A stretch of 64,000 nt of DNA, from the IMG/VR virus record IMGVR_UViG_3300028789_000005. One strand, 5' to 3'. Origin of the DNA: a virus. Its lineage: Duplodnaviria; Heunggongvirae; Uroviricota; Caudoviricetes. A program made the translations under genes and the position numbers. The notes beneath the pieces were generated by a model. It made no database searches. It was not told where the DNA came from and saw nothing but the letters and a program-made list of their open reading frames with translations. This document shows positions 51,085 through 59,923 of the stretch, piece after piece. Within the stretch, counting starts at the first letter, position 1. The number at the start of each line of letters is the position of its first letter.

Positions 51085-51659
51085 AAGAACTCCTGCAATT
51101 CATTTACGAGGGCGGTAGTGTAATTCGCTACCACGCACGTCCAGGCTTACGCACAGACACCGATGCGTCACACTCGTTCGGCGTTGCTCTTTGGTGCAGT
51201 TTACTGGCCGGCAAAGATGCCGAGGGTCGTACGCAAGCCAGCGCCATGTTGCTTATGGCAGCGCTAACGCATGATCTGGCCGAGCAAGCAGCGTCAGACA
51301 TCAGCGCTCCAGCCAAGCGCATGATGGGCCTGTCTGACCTAGTCCATGACTGGGAGCAGAAGACGCTGCGTAAGTACGACCTGGATTATGAGCAATGGTT
51401 GGATCCGGAGGAGTTGCTCATCCTTAAGCTGGCTGACTGCTTTGATGGTCTGCTGTATTGCTGCCGTGAGCTTGCCTTAGGTAACAAGAACGTCATGCTG
51501 ATCTGGAAGCGATTCTGTTCATACATCGAAACACTCACGGTAAATACGGAAGTACCCTTGGACATCGCGCTGCGCGCCTCTAACATGTACGAAGCTATAA
51601 AGGAGATCTATCGTGAAACCCGTAGTGAAGCAGGTCCGGAATTCAACGTCTTCGAGTAG
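51051..51659 (+). CDS. HD-domain 5'-deoxynucleotidase (YfbR-like)
   Basis: ORF track; start uncertain, with a GTG at about 51081 just before the ThyA-like stop. VIRYHARPGLRTDTDASHSFGVALW...AALTHDLAEQAASDISAP matches the YfbR pattern (R.......ESVAEHS...A...LLHD.PE). Confidence 0.6.
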   Translation: MLRVERTEAEVKELLQFIYEGGSVIRYHARPGLRTDTDASHSFGVALWCSLLAGKDAEGRTQASAMLLMAALTHDLAEQAASDISAPAKRMMGLSDLVHDWEQKTLRKYDLDYEQWLDPEELLILKLADCFDGLLYCCRELALGNKNVMLIWKRFCSYIETLTVNTEVPLDIALRASNMYEAIKEIYRETRSEAGPEFNVFE

Positions 51660-51897
51660 CAAGGCTAACGATACGCAGGTAGGAGGTAGTCACTATCAAG
51701 AGGCGTCGGCGGTGTGTCCTCACTGTCATAAAATTATTCAGCACTGGGATCTGTATGCCAAGATGCCATACTTGGTTGGACAGGTGGCCAAGTACACATT
51801 ACGCTTCCTCGGTAAGAACGGCCTGGAAGACCTGAAGAAAGCACAGCACTTCCTACAGAAGCTGATCGAAGTGTACTATCCGGATGAGAAGTCTTAA
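51613..51897 (+). CDS. hypothetical protein with CPHC pair (GGSHYQEASAVCPHCHKIIQHWDLYAK)
   Basis: ORF track; GTG start overlapping the HD gene by 46 nt, so the start is uncertain. Confidence 0.35.
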   Translation: MKPVVKQVRNSTSSSSKANDTQVGGSHYQEASAVCPHCHKIIQHWDLYAKMPYLVGQVAKYTLRFLGKNGLEDLKKAQHFLQKLIEVYYPDEKS

Positions 51898-51904
51898 ACG
51901 ACAA

Positions 51905-51956
51905 AAGACCCGGCTGGCTGGCACTCGATGTTCTGAGTACCAGCCAGCCGGGTCTT
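51905..51956. terminator. bidirectional terminator: 17-bp perfect stem AAGACCCGGCTGGCTGG / CCAGCCAGCCGGGTCTT with 18-nt loop
   Basis: Seen directly between the convergent gene ends at 51897 (+) and 51963 (-). A U-rich tract follows on the minus-strand transcript (TTTTGTCGTTT). Confidence 0.55.
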
Positions 51957-51962
51957 ACTTGT

Positions 51963-52505
51963 CTACGCTGCCAACGCGTAAATGCAGTGGTTCATGAATA
52001 GAGGGCTCAGGTGCAGCGTCTCGGGTGTGACGAGGTTGTCTTCGTCCTCTAGACAGTTGAGCGGCCACTTGTCTGCCTGCTGCATGAACAGCGTCATCAA
52101 CGCGGAGCATATCAGCAGATGGTTGTCCACACCGATGCGCGCGTGTATGAATAGACCAACTATGTCCGCGTAGTCGTACGGGCACCCGATCTTCGATTCC
52201 AGCCAGGTCATGGCCGTCTCGTACTCGGCATCCGTGACCGGTATGGCGTAGCGGCGTTCCCGCGTCGGTTTGCACCAGTTCAGTGGCCTAGAGTTAACTC
52301 CTGTTCCGGAATGTGCCCCTACCCAGTGTTGACCATCGCGGCTTAGAGCCTCGGTGTGGCACCACTTACTGTCGGTGGTCCACGTGATGAGCCCGGATAT
52401 TATTCCTGGTTCATCGATAAAGCGTATTACCAGATATTTCTGGTTCTGGTCGAATTGCAGAGCCCAGCTGCGATCCCACACAAGAGCGTACGTGCTTTCA
52501 GTCAT
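51963..52505 (-). CDS. putative Cys/His hydrolase (NlpC/P60- or transglutaminase-like papain-fold)
   Basis: ORF track; GAAGGTG upstream. Candidate catalytic Cys and His in DSKWCHTEALSRDGQHWVGAHSG. Last gene of the leftward lysis module. Confidence 0.4.
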   Translation of the reverse strand: MTESTYALVWDRSWALQFDQNQKYLVIRFIDEPGIISGLITWTTDSKWCHTEALSRDGQHWVGAHSGTGVNSRPLNWCKPTRERRYAIPVTDAEYETAMTWLESKIGCPYDYADIVGLFIHARIGVDNHLLICSALMTLFMQQADKWPLNCLEDEDNLVTPETLHLSPLFMNHCIYALAA

Positions 52506-52507
52506 GG

Positions 52508-53269
52508 CTACACCTTCTTGGCCGCTGCCAGCAGGCCGGTCAGGTCAAGTCCAGACGGCGTCTTGCCGCTGTTTTGGTTCACCCAGTCCTCCGTGACAAT
52601 GACGTACCCTTCGTCGATGTAGCCAAGCATGAACTCGTTCGACATCGGAATCTTCATGCCCCAGCTATTGACAGTGCCGCCGGCCGCACCTTCGCCGAGC
52701 TGCACGATGCAGTGGCCACCTTCGGGCTTCAGACCCGGCGCGAAGTTCCAATTGGACGTGTTCTGCTGGCACTGCTCCGGGCACTGTATGCCAAGGTACA
52801 GTCCACCGAACGTGTACGCGGCCCACTTCATCTGCGCAAGGCTGGATACATCCAGCGCCGCGTAGGCGAGTATCTTGTGCGCGGAGACTCCCACTTGCAC
52901 GCCAATCTTTTGCCAGTAGGTCAACAGGTCGGTCAGAGCCGTGCCTTGGTCGGTCGGGTTGTCTCCGGATGGACCGGCGTTTATGTTGAACCCGGTTACG
53001 GCGGAATACAGACTGAGCGCATCGGCGGTGGTCGGCTGCACTGGACGGCCAGTGTTGTAGCTCTGCGCTTGTATAAGGTGCAGTGCCCCGGCGCACGCAC
53101 AGTCACCCCACTGGTCGTTACCCAGGATGCTGAGCGCGGCGTCTGGCACGGCGTACTCCCAGCCGTGCGCGGGCGCGACAGGCCACGTATCAGCCTTGTC
53201 CAGGAAATCGCTAAGTGACGGCATACTCAGCCTGCGCTTCGGGGCGTTCTTTCCGTATTTGAATCCCAT
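52508..53269 (-). CDS. papain-like (C1-type) cysteine peptidase
   Basis: ORF track; GGAAGGACTGAAAC upstream. NDQWGDCACAGALH resembles the papain QGxCGSCWAF block. EGGHCIVQLGEG resembles the His block. TVNSWGMK carries the family's NSWG signature. Confidence 0.45.
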   Translation of the reverse strand: MGFKYGKNAPKRRLSMPSLSDFLDKADTWPVAPAHGWEYAVPDAALSILGNDQWGDCACAGALHLIQAQSYNTGRPVQPTTADALSLYSAVTGFNINAGPSGDNPTDQGTALTDLLTYWQKIGVQVGVSAHKILAYAALDVSSLAQMKWAAYTFGGLYLGIQCPEQCQQNTSNWNFAPGLKPEGGHCIVQLGEGAAGGTVNSWGMKIPMSNEFMLGYIDEGYVIVTEDWVNQNSGKTPSGLDLTGLLAAAKKV

Positions 53270-53344
53270 GTTTCAGTCCTTCCAATGTTGCGTGCAAAGA
53301 AGAAAGGGAGCCGACCCGAAGGCCGACTCCCTGCTTGCCGAAGG

Positions 53345-53884
53345 TTACTTTAGTTCAGCACCGGCCAAACGCGAGTCGGCCTTCACGGCGGCGTTCCAGG
53401 CTGCCTTGAAGTCACTGACGCGACTATGCAGCATGTGGTGCTTGATTTGCACGCGCCCGATGTGCGGGTTATGGGAGGCTGCCACTACTGGTGTAGGCGC
53501 CACAGTGCTCGGCGGCAGTGCAGCCAGGATTGCCTCAATACCGGCAACTAGCACATCGATCAGCGGAGAGTATGCGGCCGTAAGCGGGATGGCTGCCGTA
53601 ATAGCTACGATGGTATTGAGCGCGTCCTCTACGATGACCACCGTACCGCCAGCCTGCCACGTCGCCTCTGCGGTCTGCAGTGCGGCCACTGCAGCCTTCA
53701 ACTGCGGTGCCCAAGGAGCATTAGGCTGCGCTACCGCCAGAATGTTCACTGCCTCGGTCAGTACCACGTTGACCTCATTGACCACTTGCGAGCCGGTGCA
53801 GCCCACCATTGGCGCGGCGCACAGTGTTAGGCAAAGGGCGGCGACTACCGAGCCCTTTGTAATTCCTGCGATAAGATTTTTCAT
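53345..53884 (-). CDS. lipoprotein (signal peptide with lipobox MVG|C)
   Basis: ORF track; AAGGAGA upstream. MKNLIAGITKGSVVAALCLTLCAAPMVGCTGS. Confidence 0.5.
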   Translation of the reverse strand: MKNLIAGITKGSVVAALCLTLCAAPMVGCTGSQVVNEVNVVLTEAVNILAVAQPNAPWAPQLKAAVAALQTAEATWQAGGTVVIVEDALNTIVAITAAIPLTAAYSPLIDVLVAGIEAILAALPPSTVAPTPVVAASHNPHIGRVQIKHHMLHSRVSDFKAAWNAAVKADSRLAGAELK

Positions 53885-53899
53885 ATTCAGTCTCCTTGC

Positions 53900-54181
53900 T
53901 TACTTGGTTGGTGGTGCGCCAGGGGTAACCGACACCTTGGTGTCTACTTCCGTTCCGTCCGGTTGTTGCTCCTGTTGGTGAAACAGGATCTGTTCGACGT
54001 ATGGAGTGTGCAGAACTGCGATCGCGGCCAATAGAAACTGACCGAGCGGCGCTAGGCGTGGATGGTAGCTGAGAAAATGGTTGACGGCCGTAACTTGGCT
54101 CGCGGCGGCACCCGTGGCGATCAAGCCCAGGATGATCAGGGTTTGCTTCTTGATTGCTTTGCCGTTGATGGTCAGGTTCAT
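53900..54181 (-). CDS. holin-like small membrane protein
   Basis: ORF track; AGGAGA upstream; ATGA overlap with the gene above. Hydrophobic segments LIILGLIATGAAA and FLLAAIAVL. Position within the lysis cluster. Confidence 0.4.
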   Translation of the reverse strand: MNLTINGKAIKKQTLIILGLIATGAAASQVTAVNHFLSYHPRLAPLGQFLLAAIAVLHTPYVEQILFHQQEQQPDGTEVDTKVSVTPGAPPTK

Positions 54182-54420
54182 GCGATTGGGTCTCCTAGTA
54201 CTTTCTCTACGTGGCTCCAGACTTCGTCATTTGAGACGAAGAACGGCAGCTTGATTATGATGATGGTGACCTGCTTCGCAGTGACAGACCATGCCAGCGT
54301 CACGCCGTCGGCGGTGGCCGTTCCGGTGGGCTGCGTGGGATCCACGGCTGGACCGCCCAGTGATCGCAGCTTGGCGACCAGCGCTACCGGGTCGGTCAAT
54401 GCGTACGTGTGTGAGTTCAT
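54178..54420 (-). CDS. hypothetical small protein
   Basis: ORF track 54178..54441 trimmed to ATG 54420, with GAGGG upstream. Confidence 0.35.
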   Translation of the reverse strand: MNSHTYALTDPVALVAKLRSLGGPAVDPTQPTGTATADGVTLAWSVTAKQVTIIIIKLPFFVSNDEVWSHVEKVLGDPIA

Positions 54421-54938
54421 CGTTCTGCCCTCGCTATCCACTCAGGCAAGTCAGATGCGAGAGTTGGGTTGCCGGACGCTATCGCCTTGTAGTGCGTGAT
54501 GCGCGCCGTGATGAAGTTTGCTACCAGGGTTGGTTGGTCGCAGTAGTTAGCCGCTCCTACCGTATTCGAGCCCCAACCGCCATCCACATTTATCTGAGCA
54601 TCCTCCGGCAGCAGCGTGTTGACGGCGCGCTGCAGCATGAATACCGCCGTACCAGGTCCGCCGTTGACCGCCTCATCGAATACTCGCTTGGCTAGGTCGT
54701 CGGTAGCCAGCGCCGCGTACCACTGGTTCCAGAACTTGGTCTGATAGAAGTTTCGCACGGCTGGTCCGCGATCTGCTTGTGGTACGGCGTTTATGGCGGC
54801 GAATTCAGACGGGAAGGAGTGACTGTTGATGCCGGAGATGGCGTGCGCGCCAGGTGGCGGATCGGGCACCATGGCGTAATGATATGTCGGGTCTTCCGAA
54901 GTCATGATCCATGCGTAGCTGACGTCGAAGTTGGCCAT
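54417..54938 (-). CDS. lysin with glycoside hydrolase family 108-like N-terminus and peptidoglycan-binding (PG_binding_3-like) C-terminus
   Basis: ORF track. EDPTYHYAMVPDPPPGAHAISGINSHSFP resembles the GH108 EGGYVNDPxDPGGxTKYGI block. FMLQRAVNTLLPEDAQINVDGGWGSNTVGAANY...FITARITHYKAI matches PG_binding_3. TAATG overlap with the upstream giant gene. Confidence 0.6.
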   Translation of the reverse strand: MANFDVSYAWIMTSEDPTYHYAMVPDPPPGAHAISGINSHSFPSEFAAINAVPQADRGPAVRNFYQTKFWNQWYAALATDDLAKRVFDEAVNGGPGTAVFMLQRAVNTLLPEDAQINVDGGWGSNTVGAANYCDQPTLVANFITARITHYKAIASGNPTLASDLPEWIARAER

Positions 54939-57100
54939 TAGAATGAAGTTCCTTTGCTGAATGCCGAGCCGCTGGAAAACTGGGAGCCTATGAAGGCGGG
55001 TGGTGCAAGGTACTCAACCGCTCCGATGGCTCCCGGTACTGGCCGGGTCACCATGTAGTAGTCGGTTGACGGGCCGCCTGTCGTGTCTGACGCCAGCAGG
55101 GGGCTGCCAGATGTTGGGTAGAAGGAGTTTCTTGCTACAAGGGGGTTGAACACGTCCAGAGCCGCTTCGCTCACCCACGTCTGCGAGGGCTGATTCAACA
55201 GAAGCGGACTGACGCAAATCGTTCCATTCGTAGTCGATGGACATGTTCCACTCCGCATGCCAAACTCATCATTGTGCGAGACGTTCAGCGTGATGCCCGA
55301 TGGCCCCGTTCCCGGCCCGTTGGTGAAGTCGTAGACCGTGGGGACGTTGGTTCCACCGTAGGGGTTGTTCGGATCGACGTAGCCAAGGAACACGTTGTTG
55401 GTGGAGTTGATGGTCGATGGGCAGGTGGAGTCCGCGCCGTTGCAGGCCACGAATATGGCTATCTGCTGAGCCGTGATGAATGTGTTGTTGATCAGGTTCC
55501 AGGTCGAGCCCGTTGGGATCACCGAGGCCATGCCGTTGCCGCCAGCGCGGCAGAAGCCCGTCAGGTACTGGTTGTAGGTTGACGGAGCTCCGGTGATGGA
55601 CGCGCTCATCCTTGAACAGTTATTGACCGTGAGGTTGTTCTCGAATAGGGTCGTGTTGACCACCGAGTCGTCCCCGCCCCACTTCCAGTTCGATCCCATG
55701 TTGCCAATTGCAACGGAGTTGGTGATCGTGATGTTCGCGGTCTCGACGTGTGGGCCAATGAAGCCGTCCTTCGTGTTGTAGTCGTCCACGCAATAGTTGC
55801 AGGTGAACGAGACCAAGGGCGTGTTCTGCCCGCTCCAACTATCTCCAAAGCCTGCTGAGTTGGTGTCGTAGCAGACCTGCGCCGGGTAGGTATTGGTGAT
55901 GGGATACTGCTCGTAGCAGCCATTGAAGATTTGCGTCACGTACTGTGCGTTGATGCTTGACCCTGGATAGTCAGGGGTAGAATTGTTGATCCAATGACCG
56001 CTCTCTGTGGTGAGACCCACAGCGGCATGAGGTGTTTGGAGGGGACCAGTGAACTGTGTTGAAGTAACAGAAGTTATAGAGATCACTTGACCGTTTAGGA
56101 ACGTTGAGGTTCCAAAGGCGGAGAGGGTTACGATCATTCCTGGATTCAAGCCATTTGTAGGGTTTGGCGTGCCTGCGGGAGCAATTATAGTTACGTTATT
56201 GCTACTGTCTATGGAATATTGTGTGCTGTTGTTATTAAAGAGGTTGGCATCGTCGAAATTCCATCCAGCAAATGCGTTGAAGCCAGAGAAAACCCTAGTT
56301 AAATTGATCGTTCCGCCAATAGGTCCGAACAGTCCCGAGGCCGTAAATCCGTGAACATAGACATCCTGAAGGTTGATGTCCGCAGACTGATTGTTGAAGA
56401 TGAAGCCCGTCACCGCGTAGTCGTCGTAGGGAGGGCTGTTGGAGCAGCCGCGCGGATAGGCCGGGGAACCCGTCTGGTAGGTGCAGACGCCGTTGTGCGT
56501 CGTCAACTCGATGCCCTGGATGTCCACATGCTGCGTCGATTGCAGGTTGAACGTGAAGACAAGCCCGAAGCCCCCGAACAACTGTGTCTCATTGGTAGCG
56601 CCATAGGGGTAGTTGTTGTTGATTGGCGTGCATGTGTAGGTCCCGTACGCGCAGCCTCCGAGGATCTTCGTGTGCGCTCCCGAGGTTCCCGCTGGGATTG
56701 GGGGGTTGAAGCACCCTGTGTTACCGTTGCCGGAACCGCACCATTGGTTGGGCGGATTGCCGTTCAACGCGTTGTCGTAGCCCAGCCGGCAGTTGGGATT
56801 CGATGGGTTTGTTTGCCCCGCGAGCGCGTGACATCCACGGATGACTACCGTATCCCCGCCAGCGATGACCCATGCCGGGTTGCTCCCGCTGTTGTCGCTC
56901 CATAGGTATCGGATGTCGTTGTAGGCGCATGGCTGATCTGTGCCCGTGCCAGGATAATCGGCGTCCGCCTGCCCGTTGCACTGGCCTGCGGTCACCGAGG
57001 TCGAGTACCTCGTTCCGCCGCCAGGGCGGACGAACCAAGTCGTGCCCCACGCGGGGGCCGAGCACATCAGAAGCAGCGTAGATAGGAGTAGGAGTCTCAT
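54938..57100 (-). CDS. secreted 720-aa parallel beta-helix repeat protein (signal peptide MRLLLLSTLLLMCSAPAWG|TT)
   Basis: ORF track. N/T/G/S-rich with many NxT/NNxxI-type repeats, as in pectate-lyase-fold tailspikes, depolymerases or adhesins. TAATG overlap with the upstream gene. Confidence 0.7.
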   Translation of the reverse strand: MRLLLLSTLLLMCSAPAWGTTWFVRPGGGTRYSTSVTAGQCNGQADADYPGTGTDQPCAYNDIRYLWSDNSGSNPAWVIAGGDTVVIRGCHALAGQTNPSNPNCRLGYDNALNGNPPNQWCGSGNGNTGCFNPPIPAGTSGAHTKILGGCAYGTYTCTPINNNYPYGATNETQLFGGFGLVFTFNLQSTQHVDIQGIELTTHNGVCTYQTGSPAYPRGCSNSPPYDDYAVTGFIFNNQSADINLQDVYVHGFTASGLFGPIGGTINLTRVFSGFNAFAGWNFDDANLFNNNSTQYSIDSSNNVTIIAPAGTPNPTNGLNPGMIVTLSAFGTSTFLNGQVISITSVTSTQFTGPLQTPHAAVGLTTESGHWINNSTPDYPGSSINAQYVTQIFNGCYEQYPITNTYPAQVCYDTNSAGFGDSWSGQNTPLVSFTCNYCVDDYNTKDGFIGPHVETANITITNSVAIGNMGSNWKWGGDDSVVNTTLFENNLTVNNCSRMSASITGAPSTYNQYLTGFCRAGGNGMASVIPTGSTWNLINNTFITAQQIAIFVACNGADSTCPSTINSTNNVFLGYVDPNNPYGGTNVPTVYDFTNGPGTGPSGITLNVSHNDEFGMRSGTCPSTTNGTICVSPLLLNQPSQTWVSEAALDVFNPLVARNSFYPTSGSPLLASDTTGGPSTDYYMVTRPVPGAIGAVEYLAPPAFIGSQFSSGSAFSKGTSF

Positions 57101-59922
57101 TAGAAGCTCTTTGCCGACATGGATGACAGCTTCATGCCGGTAGCTGTCGATCCCTGCATCGTGATGCCCATGTCAGTCCCGGTGTTTGCAATGGTCTCGG
57201 CAGGGCTTGTGGCCTGTGGGCCTGCAACTGTGATGCTTGTGCTGGAAAGTGTAATGGTGTAGTTGCCAGTTCCAGTACCTGTGGCGCTGGTGTATTTTAG
57301 GTTCGCGGTTCCGCTCACCACATCGTAGATTTGGTAAGCCCCGGTCGTTGCCAATATATTGATGGCGGTGAAGTTGGAGGAGTTAGTCCAGCGCACTCCA
57401 ATCTGGCACACAGCGGAAGTGGAAGTCCCAGTGCAAGTGGCTAGATTGAAACGAATCGTTTCGTTTGTCTGGCCGGTGTTGATTAGGTCTTCGTTGCCGG
57501 TGGTGTTGGGTACCGAGATGGACACGCCACCGCCGGATGCATAAGCGAAGTCTTGTCCACCTGTCAAAGCCCATGTGCAGCCGCTGCCCGCCGTACAGGT
57601 AGCAGGAACAGTTCCTGCAAGCAACGTACCTGATCCAGCTTCGTTGAATATCGTGTTTACGTAGACTGTCGCACCGCCGGGGTATAGGTTGGTGAAGCAA
57701 TCGCCGTTCTGGTAGGTCGGGGCGAAGCCTCCGGCAAGAAGTCGTCCAGCACCCGGTAGGCTGCAATTCGAAGCCGTGAGGCTTGTCGGTACTACGCTCC
57801 CACCAAGCACCGCTGCGGCTCCAGTGTTGATGTCCTCCCAGTTGATTCCACCAAGTTGAATCTGCGGAGCTGCGCCTCCGGTGATTTGAATCAGGTTCGC
57901 CGTAACTGTGGTTGCCGTCGTGTTGATGGTCGCGTTGTGAATAGAAAGAACGCCCGGAGTGACTACGTTGTGCGTGATCCAATTCCAGCCAGAAACGGCA
58001 GCCGCTGGATTCACCAGGGTCGGCCCATCGATGTCGATTAGTTTGTAATTCGCATTGATATAGTAGCCGAGATAAGGCTGAGAATATGGATTTTGAGAGC
58101 CGTTGGACTGGGATGTGTGTTGGTGGATATGCACCGATCCAACATTTCCGTTCCCCGTCGTGAACTTGGCAATCTCTATGTCGTTGCCAAGCACTGTCCC
58201 GCTCGTATTGTTGATATGAATATCATCGGCGAGTTCGGTGCTGCTGTAGACAAGAGGCCCGGCAGCGGCCCCGTCGATCAAGTTGTTATCTGCGAACACA
58301 TGCTGAATCCATCCAAAGTGAATGGCAGTTGGATAGCACGTCGAGCAGGTCTCGTTCCCGTCGTCGGGATTCCAAGCTAAGGCGTCGTCTCCAGACACGA
58401 TGACATTTTCGCTCTCGTAGATATTAGAGTCAGGGCCGGTGAAGTGAAAGCCATCCGTGTTCTTCTTGAGAACCATCGGAACGATCTGATGTAGATAATT
58501 GTGGTTCAGCCAAACGTTCGAATCGTTCGAGAACATCGCGCTGTACGTGCCTGAGTCATAGATTTCGTCATAGTCCATGACGACGCCATTTACACTGAGC
58601 AGTTGGACGCCGAAGATCCAAAGATTCGACCCGTTTGTGGTGTGCGCCGTTCCTTGTCCGTTGCCACTGCCTGTCACCGCTTGAAGCGAGTTCGCATTTA
58701 GCGTGCAACCCGTGATTCGGATATTGGAATCGGTCTGGTTCGAGACTAAATAACCACCCGTTCCGCTCGTAGTAGTCGGGGCGTTCTGATGGGCATTGAC
58801 GATAACCGGAACGTTCGCCGCCGCCTGCATGATGAATCCGTACTGAGGGGACGTACATTCAATCCATGTATTCGATCCAACGACTAAAGATGTGCTCAGA
58901 GCAACCCCAGTATCCATCATCAAGTGGATGTTCCCCGAAGCGAGGGTGGAATTGATTGGCCCTGCCGAGTCGACGGTTCCGGTTGCTGAACTTCCCGGCA
59001 CTACTGCAACTCCGGGAGTCACGCCGATGATCTTGGATGCATAGACGACATTAGTGCTGAACGATCCAAGCACCTGCGCGGCTGTTGCAATGGACGGCAC
59101 TCCGGTAGAAGTTGTATTCCAAAGCAACCCAGTCCCCAACCCAGACAGCAGCGTGCCGTTGATTCCCTTTACTGTAGTGGCTCCGCCTGTAGAGGTGCTG
59201 GTTGCATCGCCAGAGAGTTGCACAAAGGGAGTCGCTAGGTTGCTATTCGGTATTCCTGTTGGCAGCATGGCCACCGTAAGCGCACAGTAACTCGGTGCCG
59301 CTGTAGAGCCTGTGCAGTTGCCGAACAGTGTGCTCCCGGACGCATTGCTGAGCGTAAATGCCAGGGCTGGTGCCGTAGTCGGATTAGCCCCCAAGGCCGC
59401 CGTAAACAGCGGCGAAAGATTGGCCACGGTAAAGCTAGTCAATCCAATGCTTAAAGGCGTCTCCGCGCCGCCATTCAGTGATTGAAGAAAGCTGTGCGTG
59501 GTGGCGTCTGCTCGAATGTAGTCGACGCCCGCGGTGGGTGCTCCTGACGTGACGGATTCACCAAACGCAGCGCATCCAGTGGTGTGCGAACAGGATGTAG
59601 GTGGTGTGGTTCCCAGAGCTAGGCCACCCGTGGCTGCTAGGGACGTGAATATGCCAGAGTTAGGCGTGCCGGTGCCGATCGCGCCGGGTGATGCCCAGTT
59701 TACCGTGCCGCTACCGAGTTGAACCCACGCGCCGTTGATGCACTGAAACGTTCCAACATTGACCGTAACGACGAGCCAATTTGGCTGCGTGCACGCGCCG
59801 GTAGGCGTGTAGTTTTGATACTGCACAGGCTGCAGGTTGGTCTGCGCAGAAACGACGGCTGGAGCTGCCGCAAAGAGCAGCCCCAGCAAGAAGAGAAGCT
59901 TTCTCATAGTCATCGGTTTCAC
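57100..59922 (-). CDS. secreted 940-aa G/T/S/N-rich beta-helix or fibre-like protein (signal peptide ...LLFAAAPAVVSA|QT)
   Basis: ORF track; starts 2 nt after the upstream giant gene stop. Confidence 0.7.
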   Translation of the reverse strand: MKPMTMRKLLFLLGLLFAAAPAVVSAQTNLQPVQYQNYTPTGACTQPNWLVVTVNVGTFQCINGAWVQLGSGTVNWASPGAIGTGTPNSGIFTSLAATGGLALGTTPPTSCSHTTGCAAFGESVTSGAPTAGVDYIRADATTHSFLQSLNGGAETPLSIGLTSFTVANLSPLFTAALGANPTTAPALAFTLSNASGSTLFGNCTGSTAAPSYCALTVAMLPTGIPNSNLATPFVQLSGDATSTSTGGATTVKGINGTLLSGLGTGLLWNTTSTGVPSIATAAQVLGSFSTNVVYASKIIGVTPGVAVVPGSSATGTVDSAGPINSTLASGNIHLMMDTGVALSTSLVVGSNTWIECTSPQYGFIMQAAANVPVIVNAHQNAPTTTSGTGGYLVSNQTDSNIRITGCTLNANSLQAVTGSGNGQGTAHTTNGSNLWIFGVQLLSVNGVVMDYDEIYDSGTYSAMFSNDSNVWLNHNYLHQIVPMVLKKNTDGFHFTGPDSNIYESENVIVSGDDALAWNPDDGNETCSTCYPTAIHFGWIQHVFADNNLIDGAAAGPLVYSSTELADDIHINNTSGTVLGNDIEIAKFTTGNGNVGSVHIHQHTSQSNGSQNPYSQPYLGYYINANYKLIDIDGPTLVNPAAAVSGWNWITHNVVTPGVLSIHNATINTTATTVTANLIQITGGAAPQIQLGGINWEDINTGAAAVLGGSVVPTSLTASNCSLPGAGRLLAGGFAPTYQNGDCFTNLYPGGATVYVNTIFNEAGSGTLLAGTVPATCTAGSGCTWALTGGQDFAYASGGGVSISVPNTTGNEDLINTGQTNETIRFNLATCTGTSTSAVCQIGVRWTNSSNFTAINILATTGAYQIYDVVSGTANLKYTSATGTGTGNYTITLSSTSITVAGPQATSPAETIANTGTDMGITMQGSTATGMKLSSMSAKSF

Positions 59923-59923
59923 C

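Noticed and set aside
52574-57081. Plus-strand ORFs (52574..53218, 55274..55582, 56351..56905, 56872..57081, 60741..61259 and others) inside the leftward lysis and fibre genes
   Set aside because: They lie antisense to long, well-supported minus-strand genes with signal peptides and domain motifs. Their composition is typical of non-coding frames.
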